In this document: positions 41,201-54,200 of the stretch, piece after piece | How positions within the stretch are numbered: the first letter of the stretch is position 1 | Layout: every line of letters begins with the position of its first letter | NCBI GenBank assembly: GCA_964304625.1 | Contig: OZ199838.1 | Coordinates: 5,403,978-5,467,977, forward strand | Length of the DNA: 64,000 nt | Source: Kudoa neothunni | Taxonomy: Eukaryota > Animalia > Cnidaria | Direction of reading: 5' to 3' | Program-made: the position numbers and the translations under genes | Notes under the pieces: generated by a model | Database searches by the model: none | Told to the model about the DNA's origin: nothing | What the model saw: only the letters and a program-made list of their open reading frames with translations

Positions 41201-42495
41201 CAGTTCTGCTTCCTCGGTCACTGGATGTGAAATTATAAAATTTTTTGAACATTCGGAAACCTTTTTAGGTAAATGCCACTTAATGGAAGATGTGGCGCGA
41301 GATTGAAATATGCAACTAGTTATCTACGTGGCAGTAATCATAAAATTTTACATTTTAAACATTTGTTTTTATGCAGCGCTAAAATATCCGAATTTGATTG
41401 TCACCAATCCGAAATTGGGCGCAAAACCCGGTAGTAAACTCATAGAAAGATTTGGATTATATAAGCATCAAATAATTTCGTACTTATTTAACAAAATGAC
41501 AACATTTATGTCCATATAATTATTTGAAGATTCAAACTGACAATCTTTTAATAATTAGATAATGGATGATATTTGTCATAAAGTCACTCATTATTCTTAA
41601 TTTCTAGTGATTATTATGAGTCGTCTTATTCTTATCATAGAAGGATGGCATCCAATTAAAAAAAGAATAAAACGGAATTGAATATTAGAGTTTGATATGT
41701 AATAAGGATGAACTGCGTCGGAGTGAAAACCTACCTGAAATATTTTTCGGATAGTATTTAATTTTAATATTTCCCATTTACTTTTACAACTCCAAAAATT
41801 TATTAATCATACTTATCATAGATTTACAACAATAACTAAAACTCCAGCTGTTTAAAACAATGTAAAATCATAAAGCAGAGTTAACATTTTAAGGTAAAAA
41901 ACACTAAAAACTTTAGAGGGTTAAAATTAAATTTTATTTATTTTTATAACTATTAAAAAACTCTCAGTAAATTATTTCAATACCTTGATCGGCATGCCTG
42001 TGGCATGAAATCCAAATGGAAACAAACAATTTTTACCCCGAAGACGTTCAAATCCAACCGCAAATTCACACTATGATCGCGATATTAAAAACAAACTTCG
42101 AACTACATTACCTTAGTCAGTGAAAAACTGTGCCCTATGTGTAAACGCCCATTCATATATGGATATGGGAATGTTGCCATAAATTTATTCCTGCCGTAAA
42201 AAAATAAAACCATAAATGAATCACGCAGTTTGAATAATTTAAATACTTTTTTTCGCAAGCTTCGGTGGGAGCATCCACCTCAAATATTTTCTCTTCAGCC
42301 CATTTGCTCTGCATTCGGTCCTCAATGTTACGTAATATGTCAAGTTTGACATACGATTTTTTATCCAAATCTTCCATCTGTTAACAAAAATAATATAAAA
42401 TGTCATATATTCACTATGCTGCTTACTCTATTTTTGTAGCACAATTGACGAAATGATCCACGAGCAAATAAACTTTTGAGCAGACTTGTGCGCAT
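35206..42495 (-). CDS. LARS1: Leucyl-tRNA synthetase, cytosolic (eukaryal/archaeal) type; core starts at ATG 42377, putative upstream coding exon 42427-42495
   Basis: [15 protein letters not shown] (HIGH motif), [31 protein letters not shown], editing domain ATLRPET...[20 protein letters not shown], and C-terminus [14 protein letters not shown] 3.6-kb intron lies at about 38367-41983. Confidence 0.97.
38827..38917. mobile_element. Short Tc/mariner-type hairpin MITE in the LARS intron
   Basis: caccgtatttatt ... aaataaatgcggtg inverted ends. Confidence 0.5.
40262..41431 (+). mobile_element. Tc1/IS630-like transposon in the LARS intron; transposase about 40344-41306 with two in-frame TGA
   Basis: TA flanks; perfect 27-bp TIR ccgggttttgcgcccaatttcggattg, extending imperfectly to about 57 bp. 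HTH ([16 protein letters not shown]), IFVD, MDN and [16 protein letters not shown] motifs. Confidence 0.95.
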
Positions 42496-42521
42496 GCGAA
42501 CAAATAAACACGTTTTAATAT

Positions 42522-44471
42522 GGCAGTGGCTATTGCAACGGATCCGTTTAATCCGCATGCTCGGACTGTCTATTGCAACGGGAGGAAATAAATCGAAAAC
42601 TAACATGTCTATAAAAATTTCAATTTCGTTTTTATAATAAATGATTTTTTCGCCAAATAATTTCAAATTTTGGGGGAAATATAATATGGTGGAATTTTCA
42701 AAGTTGTTATTTAAAATTAAGTAACTTAATAATGTCATTTTGATTTGATAGATCGTAAGAATATTAAAAAAAACTTTCTAAGACAATAAACTTTCATAAT
42801 TGCAAAAATTTTATGTAAATCGTATGCTTTCTATAGTATGAATTACCACGCTCAGGAGTCCGCGCTATTACGTAAGACTTAGTTAACTAGTAGTACTGGT
42901 TCTTTCGTTGGTTAACATCCCTCTGATTCGATACATGCAATTATAGAGAATTATTAACACATTAATTAAAGTTTTTTTTTTCTCAAAATTTATAATATGA
43001 ATAATGTGTATTAATGTACAACGCATTGTATTTAAAGCTGTCTCAATCTATGAAATAAACACAAATCTATGATTTCGAGTTAGATTTATTTATACTATAT
43101 ATAGGACTTTAAAAATAGATTATTTGTTAAAGATATGGTAGTTTTTAAGGAATAATGTGTCATTTCCTTGATTCGATGTTACGTCGCAATAATTTGAGGG
43201 TAATGGGTAATAATTCTCTACATAAAAACAAAAATATGATTATCATAATAAAATCAAGATCCTTTTAAAACAGAGGTCGGCAACGACCGGCCCGCGGACC
43301 AAATTTGGCCCGGAGCTTTCCTCATCCGGCCCACAAGAGATGTCATTGATAAAGTTAATTTTTTTTGACGATGCTTATATAATTTCCCCAACTTTTAAAT
43401 TCGATCTCTTCAGCATATAAATAAGCTTAATAGCAATGTGAACTATGTTACTTAAGTATTATTCCCTCTTTTTAAACATAAGAGTGCTTAAAAAAATAAA
43501 GATTAAAATTTTTCCCCAAGCAAATTCCCTACTTATTTTTACTGATTGTACGATATTAGTTTTATTGTAGCTAATGGAAACATTTAATTATTTCTTTTTA
43601 CGATTTAGAACCATAATTTGACTATATAAAAGTTTAAATTTAGCACCAAAAATTTCAGGTAAATTATGAAATAAAAAATTGTATAAAACCAGTAATTCCC
43701 TCATAAAAATATATTCCTTTAAATTTCACAATATAAATTTACTAATCCAATTTTCAATTGTATTGTGAAAAATTTATTACATCTACTGGATTTAAATATA
43801 TTCTGGCCTGCCTCCTAGTTTGACATGATTATCCGGCCCGGCAACCTAATAGGGTTGCCGACCCCTGATCTAAAGTAAAGAGTGTTGAGCGTCCTAGAGG
43901 TGCTGCGCTTACGGTTGTTGACCTTCCTAGAAAAAGAAAGCAGGATGAATAATAAAACAATTAATAGATGGAAATCAAAAATTTTCTTCATGTTATTAAT
44001 GACTAAATAAATTGCGGTATAATAAAGCTAATTTGTATCTTTATATAGCGAAAAGATAGATCATTCAATATGTAGAAAATTAAGATCATGAAATAAAAAG
44101 ATCTAACATTTTGCGCGATATGTTAACAGTGCATTATTATTGTCTTTAGCATTATAGCGGTGCTTCATTCATGCGCAAGTCTGATGAATTTGCATTAGTA
44201 GATTTGGGTCTTTAATTGAAACAATTTATATTACTCTGAATTATGGAAAAGATAATCACGTTTGTAAATGATAAATCGCTAATTAAGGACTTAAAAATAA
44301 TTTTTAACCTCTGAATTCATTGCCATAAAATGTGAAAATTTGTTATCTTGGATTTCTTTTATAATAGTTTAACTTTTTGGCGAAAAAATCATTTATTATG
44401 AAAACGAAATTGAAATTTTGATAGACATGCTAGTTTTCGAGTTATATCCTCCCGTTGCAATAGCCACTGCC
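42522..44471. mobile_element. Non-autonomous long-TIR element with a probable 9-bp TSD (Mutator- or Merlin-like)
   Basis: Perfect 20-nt terminal TIR ggcagtggctattgcaacgg plus about 90 nt of further inverted similarity; flanks ttttaatat / ttttgttat. Confidence 0.8.
43271..43867. mobile_element. hAT (Charlie/Buster-like) MITE nested in the long-TIR element
   Basis: cagaggtcggcaac ... gttgccgacccctg TIRs with subterminal cggccc repeats. Confidence 0.85.
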
Positions 44472-44926
44472 TTTTGTTATTAACTTTTGGGATGGATTGA
44501 AAAAGTTGTTATATATTTCCATCATAATTGGAGTTATGTCAATTTCATACTTAATTGAAACAATTCGATATCATATGTGGATTATTTAACACATCCAGAT
44601 TGATTATGGAATGCTGCGTGCAATCCAAAATCATTATTCTTCGCGGGTCTTTAACAATAAATTTTTATTAAAAAATATCAAATTTATTAAATTAACCTAT
44701 ACATGAAAGATAATATGCACGATAAAAATACCTTTATTGTGGGCCAAAAAAATAAATGGAGAATTTTTCGACCCCTATTGGTGTACTTATAGTTTTAATA
44801 ACAAGTATTACATTTATTTAAACAATATTAGTTAAAATAAAGAAATAAGGATTAATATATAAACGATATAACAAAAATGAGATCAACATTTTTGTTGATA
44901 TATAAAATTTTAAAGTTCATCTAAAT

Positions 44927-47167
44927 CAATTTTTCCTAACCTTTTTTAGCCGTGACCCATATTTTTTTCAAACAAATATCCTGTGACCCACGTTAATAGC
45001 GTAAATGTCTAATCGAATTTAACGTTAACAATTTAAAGGTTTTAATAATATTTATATCCGGTATTATAAATAATGAAAATATTTTCATGATTGAAACCAT
45101 TTACGCTTATAATAATTATTATTAATTAAAAATTTTATTTAGCATTAATTTTACTTGGTCATTTCAAGCTTGAATATTGTTTTCTAAACTAATATTATTA
45201 AACCGTCATGCTTATCATATGTCGACTTATCACTCTTACTTTTTAATTATCTCCGCCAATTCATTATATTCAAATTAATGTTTTAAATAAAATATTTCGT
45301 TTTGAATGATTATTTTTGGTTTTTTGTCCAATGGTATCATCTATAAAGTTAAAACTACTAGTATTTAATGATTTTTCGCTTCAATATTCAATACAAAGAA
45401 CACAATTATTTTATATATAATTTCTTTCTATTCACAAAAATATGAAGCCAACCGTAGCGTGTCATCTTGTGAATTCAATAAATTTAAAGGTATACAAATT
45501 TATTCGAATATAACTCGCTATTACGGAAATATATCAATACTTTTTAATACTTCTGGCATTTAAAACAAAATTTATTCAGTTAAAGAATTTTTTTGCTTTT
45601 AATTTAAAAAAATTAATAATAAAAGATTGAATATATTATTGTACGTGGATTAAATAGAAAATTTGATGTATTCCAAAATTTTTTGTGATGTTCAACGTAA
45701 TACTTAAGAAATCAATATAAACAAGTATAAATTATTAATGTAATACTTGTACCTATTTGATGAAGGTATGAGTAATCACATTGATAAATAACGCACCTGT
45801 TTGCTGTAGCATTGTTTGACCGATATCTATTTTAATATAACATTAATTATATTGTTTATTAATGTTTGCCTTAATATAAAAACAAATATTCAAACACGAA
45901 ATATTGACATTTATTTTTAACAACTTTAATAAAAAATATTAATCATTTAATTCAGGAATAAAATCAAATATAATATCCATACCAGGGATATATAGAGCAG
46001 CAGTTAGGAAATTTACGTTTTTTATTTAAATTTGTTAATTAGGTAAACATTATTATTACTTTAAATTATTTTCCATCATCTGTCATGATGGTTTAATTCC
46101 CTTAATTAAATAAGTTATGCAAAGTTAAAAATATGTTTAAACAGCGGATAAAAATTTATGCGCAATTCTAAGTTATTTAAAATCATTCATTGACAACTTT
46201 CTTTTAATTAAAAATATATATGTTATTACTTTATTAGATTTTGATGCCATAATAAAATGTGTTTTTAATTGAATGTTTTATGAATTCAACTTATTTCTAT
46301 ATTAATTTTCTGTTTTTGTTAAATAAACTATTTAAATGATTCATTTCGTCGATTATAAATAATATGACTGGCATATAAGGATAGTAAAAAAATATAGTTA
46401 GGATGTGTAGACTATATTTTTATGAAATGTCTACAGACACATTATTTTGTATAATAAAAATATTTGGTTTGATATGAATTAACAATATTATTAAATAAAA
46501 TTAGTTCTGTACAAGAATTCCGGACGAATAATGCTTTCATTGTCTAGATTTGGGTTGTTAAATCGGCGAGTGAATTGAAGTATTAGAAAATAACTTCAAG
46601 TTTTAATAGCTAATTTAAATATAAAGTGTACTTTTGAAATATATTCGTTTCACTTAAATATTTTGTGAATAATCTTAAAACGTATTAAATAATTAAAAAT
46701 AGAAAAAAATAAGAAATCAAACCGCTGTGTCATGAAATTAAACAAGTTAAAGAAATACATGAATAGTTACGTGTCTAAAATTTAATGGATAACAAAATTA
46801 AATCTCATCTGTATCAGATTTTCAAGTTAAAGAACTTTTTGCAAGTATCAAAAACAAACGAACGAAGGGGTGAGGATCGCCTGGTCAGAACACGTGTTGA
46901 TTATTTCAGGTCGCATGATGAGTTAAGTGTTTACTGTTTTCCATATTGAGATGTGCTGTGCCACTCATAAAACAAAAATATGTAGCTTAATTCAATATAA
47001 TATTTTTATTAAAACAATATAAATCGAGCCAAAAAGTTAAAATAACATTTTCTATCTTGAGGGTATCCTACACGGCATGGTTCCGCGTTTTCCTGCGCCG
47101 TCCAAATTAGTCAAAAATTTTTCATGACTCGTATGTGGGTCATATGAACCCAGGTCGGGAAACACTG
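44927..47167. mobile_element. Degenerate non-autonomous hAT element
   Basis: Left end caatttttcctaacc + gtgaccca repeats, right end tgggtca...ggtcgggaaacactg; 8-bp TSD atctaaat / atccaaat. Confidence 0.7.
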
Positions 47168-47323
47168 ATCCAAATATTAATGGCTATGATAATTTATTTT
47201 TATTTTATAATATGCGAATTTATAAAGTTCGATTTGTGATACTCTTATTTTGTAATCGTCTATTATCAATTCAAATAAAAAACTTTGATATTATATAAAT
47301 TATCCTGTATCCACTATATATAT

Positions 47324-48372
47324 CAAGGGTGGCCAGACTTTCCAAGATCGGGAGTCAACATTAAGGTTTCCTAAGTTTTCATGAACCACAATGCATTAAA
47401 ATCATTTATGTATCTTTTCCTTATTTTAATCTTATAGTTATGGGGAATTTTTGTTAAATATTAAAATAAGATGTAATAGAATTATAAATAATGAATTTTT
47501 CTTTCTTATTCAGTTAATTGCTAAAAAACATACATATAATTTTTATAGGTATAATTTAGGATGGTATTCCAACAAAGTAAATCAGTAGTTGATGATCCAT
47601 GGAACTTTTTCTCTATGAAAAAGGTCAAAAAAATTTAAAATATTTTCCATATTTAATCTTGTATGATAGTCTGACAAAAAATAAAATTAAATCATTACGA
47701 ATAAAGTAATAACACAAGATTTTAATGCTTTCGAAAAAAATTTTTAGAAATTGGTTCTAATGTTGCAAGTTTTTTATCGTTCCGCATTATCAATGAGCTG
47801 ACGGTAATCAGGTTAGTATGCTGTTAACTCTGTACGAATTAGTTCCGTCAGGTGTTTGTTTGTGAGGAATAGATCCGCGATACTTCGATTTTACAAATTT
47901 CATGATTGAATAAATAAACTCACAACAAAAAGTTGTTCAAAAGATAAAAACATGTTTGAGGCAGATTTCTTTTAATTTTGAATAATTAGTTTCTAGAACG
48001 TATTTCCAAAATTCGCTTGATGAGTTGGAATTACGAATCATGTTTAAAGTTTCAATGAATGTTTTATTCTTTCGATATCTATCACTTTGGTAATAGATAA
48101 ACACTAATTCTAATAGTATTTCCTAATGAAACTAGTAATAATTCTATCTTGCATAAAATATTAAAATTATATGGTAGTTTGTAACTAGGTTTTCTAAACG
48201 AAAATATTATCTGTTTACGATTAAAAAATTCATTTCTTCACTTGATTAAATAGTTTAAACTTTGGGGGTTTTCAGAATTAACGTGCTGGTTGAATTCAAA
48301 AAAATTTTAGAGTCACACCACAACGTTCAAAGAGTCGCATGTGGCTCGCGAGCTATGGTTTTACCACCCCTG
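47324..48372 (-). mobile_element. hAT element with a transposase dimerisation-domain remnant
   Basis: TIRs caagggtggcca ... ttaccacccctg; minus-strand TTFCCEFIYSIMKFVKSKYR at about 47880-47940. Confidence 0.78.
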
Positions 48373-49199
48373 GTATATGCAAATAAATACAGTTCATTCA
48401 AGTCTTTATTAAAAAAAGGCACCAGTTATTAAATTTTCGCTTTCCAACACCCGCTGTGGTTAAAGTTAAACGTCGTGTGAATGAATTACATGTTTAATCG
48501 GTTTACCAATTCTTTATAAATATAATTGAACGCGACAAAAAATATTTCGAAAATGTTTTTTTTGCAAAAAAGATTAAAAAATTGGATGAATTATTTTTAA
48601 GGGTTTGTTGTATAAATTATTTAATTAGGTAGTTCGTGGTGACATAATTTCCTTGTTTCAATGAGGATTAATCTGGTTATTATAAGATCCATTCCAAAAA
48701 GTTTAAATAGCGAAATTTCTTTTTACGAATTTTGTGGTAATTATCTTACATATCTTACTTGGCGCCGCATATTTCTGTTAATTCGTATGCTTCATTCTTT
48801 CAAATAGTCTAAATAATGTTGGCTAAATTTGATAATTATTCGCGTTTCTAATTGTAAATTTAATGCAATCATATATTAAACTTGGTTGTAAAAACATACG
48901 GCAGCTTTATGTTAACGGATGAATTAATATTAGTCAGACTTTTAAACTATTTGGGGGAGGAACCAGAACCCTAATCTATCAAAAATAGATAACATATAAT
49001 TAACTTATTATTGTCCTATTATTATTGAGTGAAACATCTGGGCAAGATCATACCCGCGGACCATATTTTGCTCATCCACGTCCTCTATTCTTCTAGAAAA
49101 CCTTCGAGGGGTCTGAAACGTTAGAAAGTTTTTTATATAAAAGATGATATTTAAATTTATTTATTATGTCGAATCGTTAATGCATTAAAATAATTATTT

Positions 49200-50570
49200 A
49201 TTTTAAGGTCGAATCGACCCCACATCCTTATTTTATTTTTCTATATTAAAAAATATGTAAGTAATCTATCGAGAATGTTTGGAGTAAATTAAAATTTACC
49301 AACCCAATAATCTTCGATAATCCGTTAATGTACGGATTCAGACAACTTCGCTACATATCGTTAATATTAAATACCGAGGAAATGGCGGCTACATCGTGAA
49401 ATGAGATTCAGCCACAAAAACTAATTTAATGATGCTAGTTTTTACAATTTTAGAGAAATCTTACTGAAATTAAACAAACATAAAAGGTAGCTTTATGACC
49501 GTGCACTTAAAAAAATAACGCATACGTACGTTCAACCATAACATAACACTATCTACGTAATATATTATTTCCCGTGGTTTATTTTTTTTCAATTTTGAAA
49601 AACTTAATGATGCGTCCAATTGGTCAATGCAAAAATGGATATTGCACAATCCGCAGATAACAACAATCAAGCATGGATTTTACTCTCAACGTCGTATAGA
49701 TTGTTGAGCGCGGCGGGGAGTTCAAAAAAATATTTTCTACGCTTGTTCTTGATGTAGATATTTTTGTAAAATTCTAAACTAACCCATATTTGTTAGTAAA
49801 TAAATATCGTATATGCCCAAATTATCGTCATCAGTTTCTTGAGAGATCCTCAATTATAACATCCTCATACTCATTATCAGAAGATTAAACGTTATGGAAT
49901 AAAAAATTAAATTTAGAATCCATAGATATTATCCTGATATTAAATTATTACTGACGGAAAAAAATATTTTATATTACCTAGTGCAATCGATCGCCGAAAT
50001 TGTGCACGGCTAATATTCGATTAGATTTCGTAAGATTAGTTAAAGGGTTAATTTGGATTTTCCTCAAAACTCTGTATGTAAATTTTTTTAATATCTCACA
50101 CAACAAATTTTATGAAATTTATGTACAAAATGATGAAATAAAATGATAGGGTCGAATCGACCCCAAATGATCGTTGGAGGGTATTCTTCAAATTTTGGCT
50201 ACATAAAAAAACCTAAATTAGCCAAATTTCCTCATTTACATAGAATTATATATTTATAAAGAATAGATTGAATTTAAGGACATTGATATTAAGGGAGAAA
50301 AAGTTATACATTATTCAATTCCACTTTGGGGTCGATTCGACCTCAGTATCCAGTATCTTTAGTGGGTTAAAAGTGAAGTTAAGTCAAAACGTGAATAAAA
50401 ATACAATGAATTCAAATATAATAACAATATCTTTTCATCAAAAATGGCACATATAGGAGTGAATATACAACAATAAATTAGATGTATTCATACTGAGCAA
50501 TATAGCTTTTAAGACCTGAACTTTTCTATGAGGTCACTTTTGACCCCAAACTCAGTATGAGTGTTAAGGA
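49200..50570. mobile_element. piggyBac-type end fragments with palindromic subterminal motifs
   Basis: GGTCGA(A/T)TCGACC at about 49207, 50149 and 50329; ends gtgggttaa (50370) and gagtgttaa (about 50567). Confidence 0.55.
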
Positions 50571-51159
50571 AAAACTAAAATGGAAAATAAATAACTACCA
50601 AATTCGATATTATAATGCCATAAATGTTCTCTACTCAAAGATTAAATGTCAGATGGGATTTAAGCTAATATTTTTTATTCAACTTCTTCCAAAACGGATC
50701 GAAGGCACTACAATTTTTTTGTTTACAAGAAAAAACCACTTGTGAAACTTTTTAGATCGTGGAGTTAAGGCTGTTTAGACCGTTCCATTAATGCTGTAGG
50801 CACTGCAAGACGAGTAACAACTACTCCTTATATTTCTGCGACAATGCGAGACTTTAACACATTTAAAAACACCGTTTCTGGGAAACCGCCAACCCAAACC
50901 CTATTCATAAGGACTATGACTCCACAGAGATTTAAAGTCGCTTAGTGCATCCCCGACGATTTAAACATCGAATTCAATCTTCTCTGTTAGATCAAACAAC
51001 AACTGAAAGCGAAATTAAATTGATACTGCAATCGCACTCTAACAACAATTCTCATTATGGGATAGAGAGACGATCGAACGGCAACAATCAAATGTTTAGC
51101 AGCGGGGATCGAGCTCTGTGCCTCCTGGTACTAAGTTTAGTCACCGTAGCACTGAGGTA

Positions 51160-51245
51160 TGTGTCCTCAGTGGGGGAGACAAGAAGGTATGGCCATCAGA
51201 CTGCGACTCCAAAGGTTGTGGGTTCAAGTCTTGACCCCGGTATGT
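51160..51245 (+). mobile_element. tRNA-derived SINE head or tRNA pseudogene
   Basis: catcagactgcgactccaaaggttgtgggttcaagtcttg resembles an anticodon arm plus T arm with a B box (GGTTCAAGTC). No intact acceptor stem. Confidence 0.45.
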
Positions 51246-54200
51246 CGATTGCCTCTATGTGTCTATTCATTATTGATGTATGTGGTTGGAAGGTACACCT
51301 ACTATTAACCGTGATGCACGTGCAGTTATCGTTCATTCGAACACAGAAAGATTAGACTAGATGTTTGTATCTTTGGGGATGAAGTGGGCAGTAAAATCTC
51401 GCTCGCAAACTTTTATAGGTCTGCAATGAAGTTTAAGAGGGTAGAATTTGTGCTGTGGCCGTCCCGTAAAGCGATTATGTTTAGTTTATCAAATTTTCAC
51501 ACTATTACAGAAAGATACGTTAGGGGGTAACATGTGACTCATTACGATGTTTACAGCGTTATAGGAATAGTCTCATCAGCCAAAACACTACATTGTAATA
51601 AGCTATGATAGAGTTTTAATCTTAAAAAGTATAAAAACCATGAAGCATCTTATACAATCAACAACGGTTATTGCACACTTTTTAAGGGAATGGCAAAAAG
51701 GTACGCAATATCCATCTAATCACGCGCGCATACAATATAAAACTCAATTATTTTCTTTAAAACAAACTATTTATAATTTATTTGTTGGAAAGAATGTTAT
51801 AAAGTACATTTATAGGTATATTTTACAATTTTATATATCCTATCCATCACTGGGTAGAAATCATTCAATCCATTTGGGTCTTAATTTAAAATGTTCAGCG
51901 TATTTCTGGGATAGCATTTTTTAGTTTCACCGCGTTTAATATATACGTGAGGTGGTCATTGTCATTGTGATTTGCATCATATTGAGAATTTTCATTCCAA
52001 AGAGATTGATTGTTCTTATAAGAATAAAAACTAGCTTTTATTATTTCACATATTTAGCATGATCTAACTGATTAATAATGGTACAACCACCACGTTGGAT
52101 TTATTATAACTCTAAAAGTTGAGATTAAAGATAAGCTTGATAATCTTGTGTATCTAGAATGGTGTTCTTTCCGAATTAATCGCGATAAATTTTTATTTTA
52201 AATCTAATTTTTGGAATTAAATTATAAACAGATTTGGATCTACCAAGATTCGGTTAAGTAAGACAAAGCGAATGAACTACGTAAGGATCTTAACATATAC
52301 GGGTGCGCGCATGTTAAGAATGAGGTTGTTATTTTACGTTTAATTTAATTTTTAAATTTTATGATTTCATCTTATATAATCATTTTTCATATATTTATTT
52401 TAATTTTTTGAACAATGGTGTAATTAGATTCTTTTACAGTTGGAGAACGTAATAAAATATTTTTATAAAAAACAGGTTTAACAATGTTAATTTTTAATTG
52501 TTCCGCGAAAAAACTTGAAAACTAAATCCAAAAATGCAATTTGCTCCAATATATTATTTACTTTTAATACTTATCATTTATAATTATAGGCATTTGTTCG
52601 GTATTTAAAAACAATTTTTTTAAAAAATTACTAAAATTTTTACAATTAAACTCCATTTTCAATAATCATTAATGATGTTTTAGTTTATAAATTTTTTAGC
52701 GGTTTTCTCTTGCTAAATTTATAAGGTATTTGATTAATAATAGAAGATATTTACCACCGGATTTTTAAAACCGTTGTTTCCCACATTAATAATAATAATA
52801 CAAATTATATATGTCATTTTTAATAACAAATTTATTAACAAAATATTTAACATAATTATTTAACTTTTCCAAATTACTTATTTTCATCATGATGACCAAC
52901 AAATCCACCTGCAGTAAGTGTCTGAATGTAACTTTTTCTCTTGATTTATTTATGATTTAATTCATTGCTGAGAATCTTATTATCAAAGATAGATTTTATA
53001 TTAAAAGTTACATAGTGTTAGAATATTATAGATTTCAGGAATATAAAATAAAATATTCCTTTGCAGAAGAGCAAAATTACATGACCTTGTGCCATTATAA
53101 CAAAATCTTTCGCATCTTGTAATAATTTTCTTCTTTTTGTTTGTAAAGATTCGTCTAAACAGAAAAAACATCCATATAACGCTAGTTCGCATTCTTTGAT
53201 GAATTTAAAATGGAACAAAATAAAGATTCTGCCTCATATAACCGTTAGATTGCGCACACATCAAACAAAACCTAGTAATGTTTGGAGATTAATGTAGTGT
53301 ATGATTATTTTCAAACATGTTATACGTGCCAATTATTTGTTTATTAGATCATTTTAATATTTAATATAAGAGTTAATGAGTGAGTTAATCCATCCGAACC
53401 ATTATATACGTTTCTCGTAAATTTTGGAGATAGATATTTTAGTTTAGTACTAATCAATAATTATTGATTTTAATTGATTCATTAAACCGAAAAAAATAAA
53501 ATTTAATTATTTTTTTATAATTTTTTGTCGTTGGTCGAATTCCTCCAAGGTTCTGTCGGATCATGTATATTTGATATATCATCAACTTGATCACTGATAT
53601 TAGGCTCTCAGGGATATATGTATAAAAGGAACCAATTTTTATTTAATAATTAAGTCCACAGTTCTCTATAAAAAATATTTAAATGCTATCCATATTTTTC
53701 TCATTATCCATTTGTCGTAGTTATATTATTTACATTAAATATAATGAAAATACTTTCTACATTGACTTTAAAAAATTTTAAATTTGATCATCGATTTAGC
53801 TCCGCTTTAATCAAGAAATTAATTCCGTAGGTTTATCATCTATTTTATGAAAAATATTAGAGTTGATTTTACCCTAAAACAATTTAATAATGAAATCGTA
53901 CAAAATTTTTTATTGTTATATTTTTTTATTTATGTATAATGATCACACATATAGCTTAAAATTGAAGCATCTATTCAGTTTTAAAGAACAATATGCCATC
54001 CTGTAATAAAACCATGATACTAATAAATTTATGCACGCGGATAAAATTTATAATTATAAAATATTCCCTTTTTTTTCTGCATTGATTATTAGTTCAACTT
54101 TTGTTGTTTAATGAATTAACCCTGAATCATTTTTGTTATTAAAAAATAGAAAACCGTTAACATCAACGTTTAATTTCATTCCAATTCTTTAAGATAAAAA

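Noticed and set aside
50945-51355. 136-aa ORF with a hydrophobic stretch
   Set aside because: GTG start, overlaps a tRNA/SINE-like segment and shows no recognisable homology.
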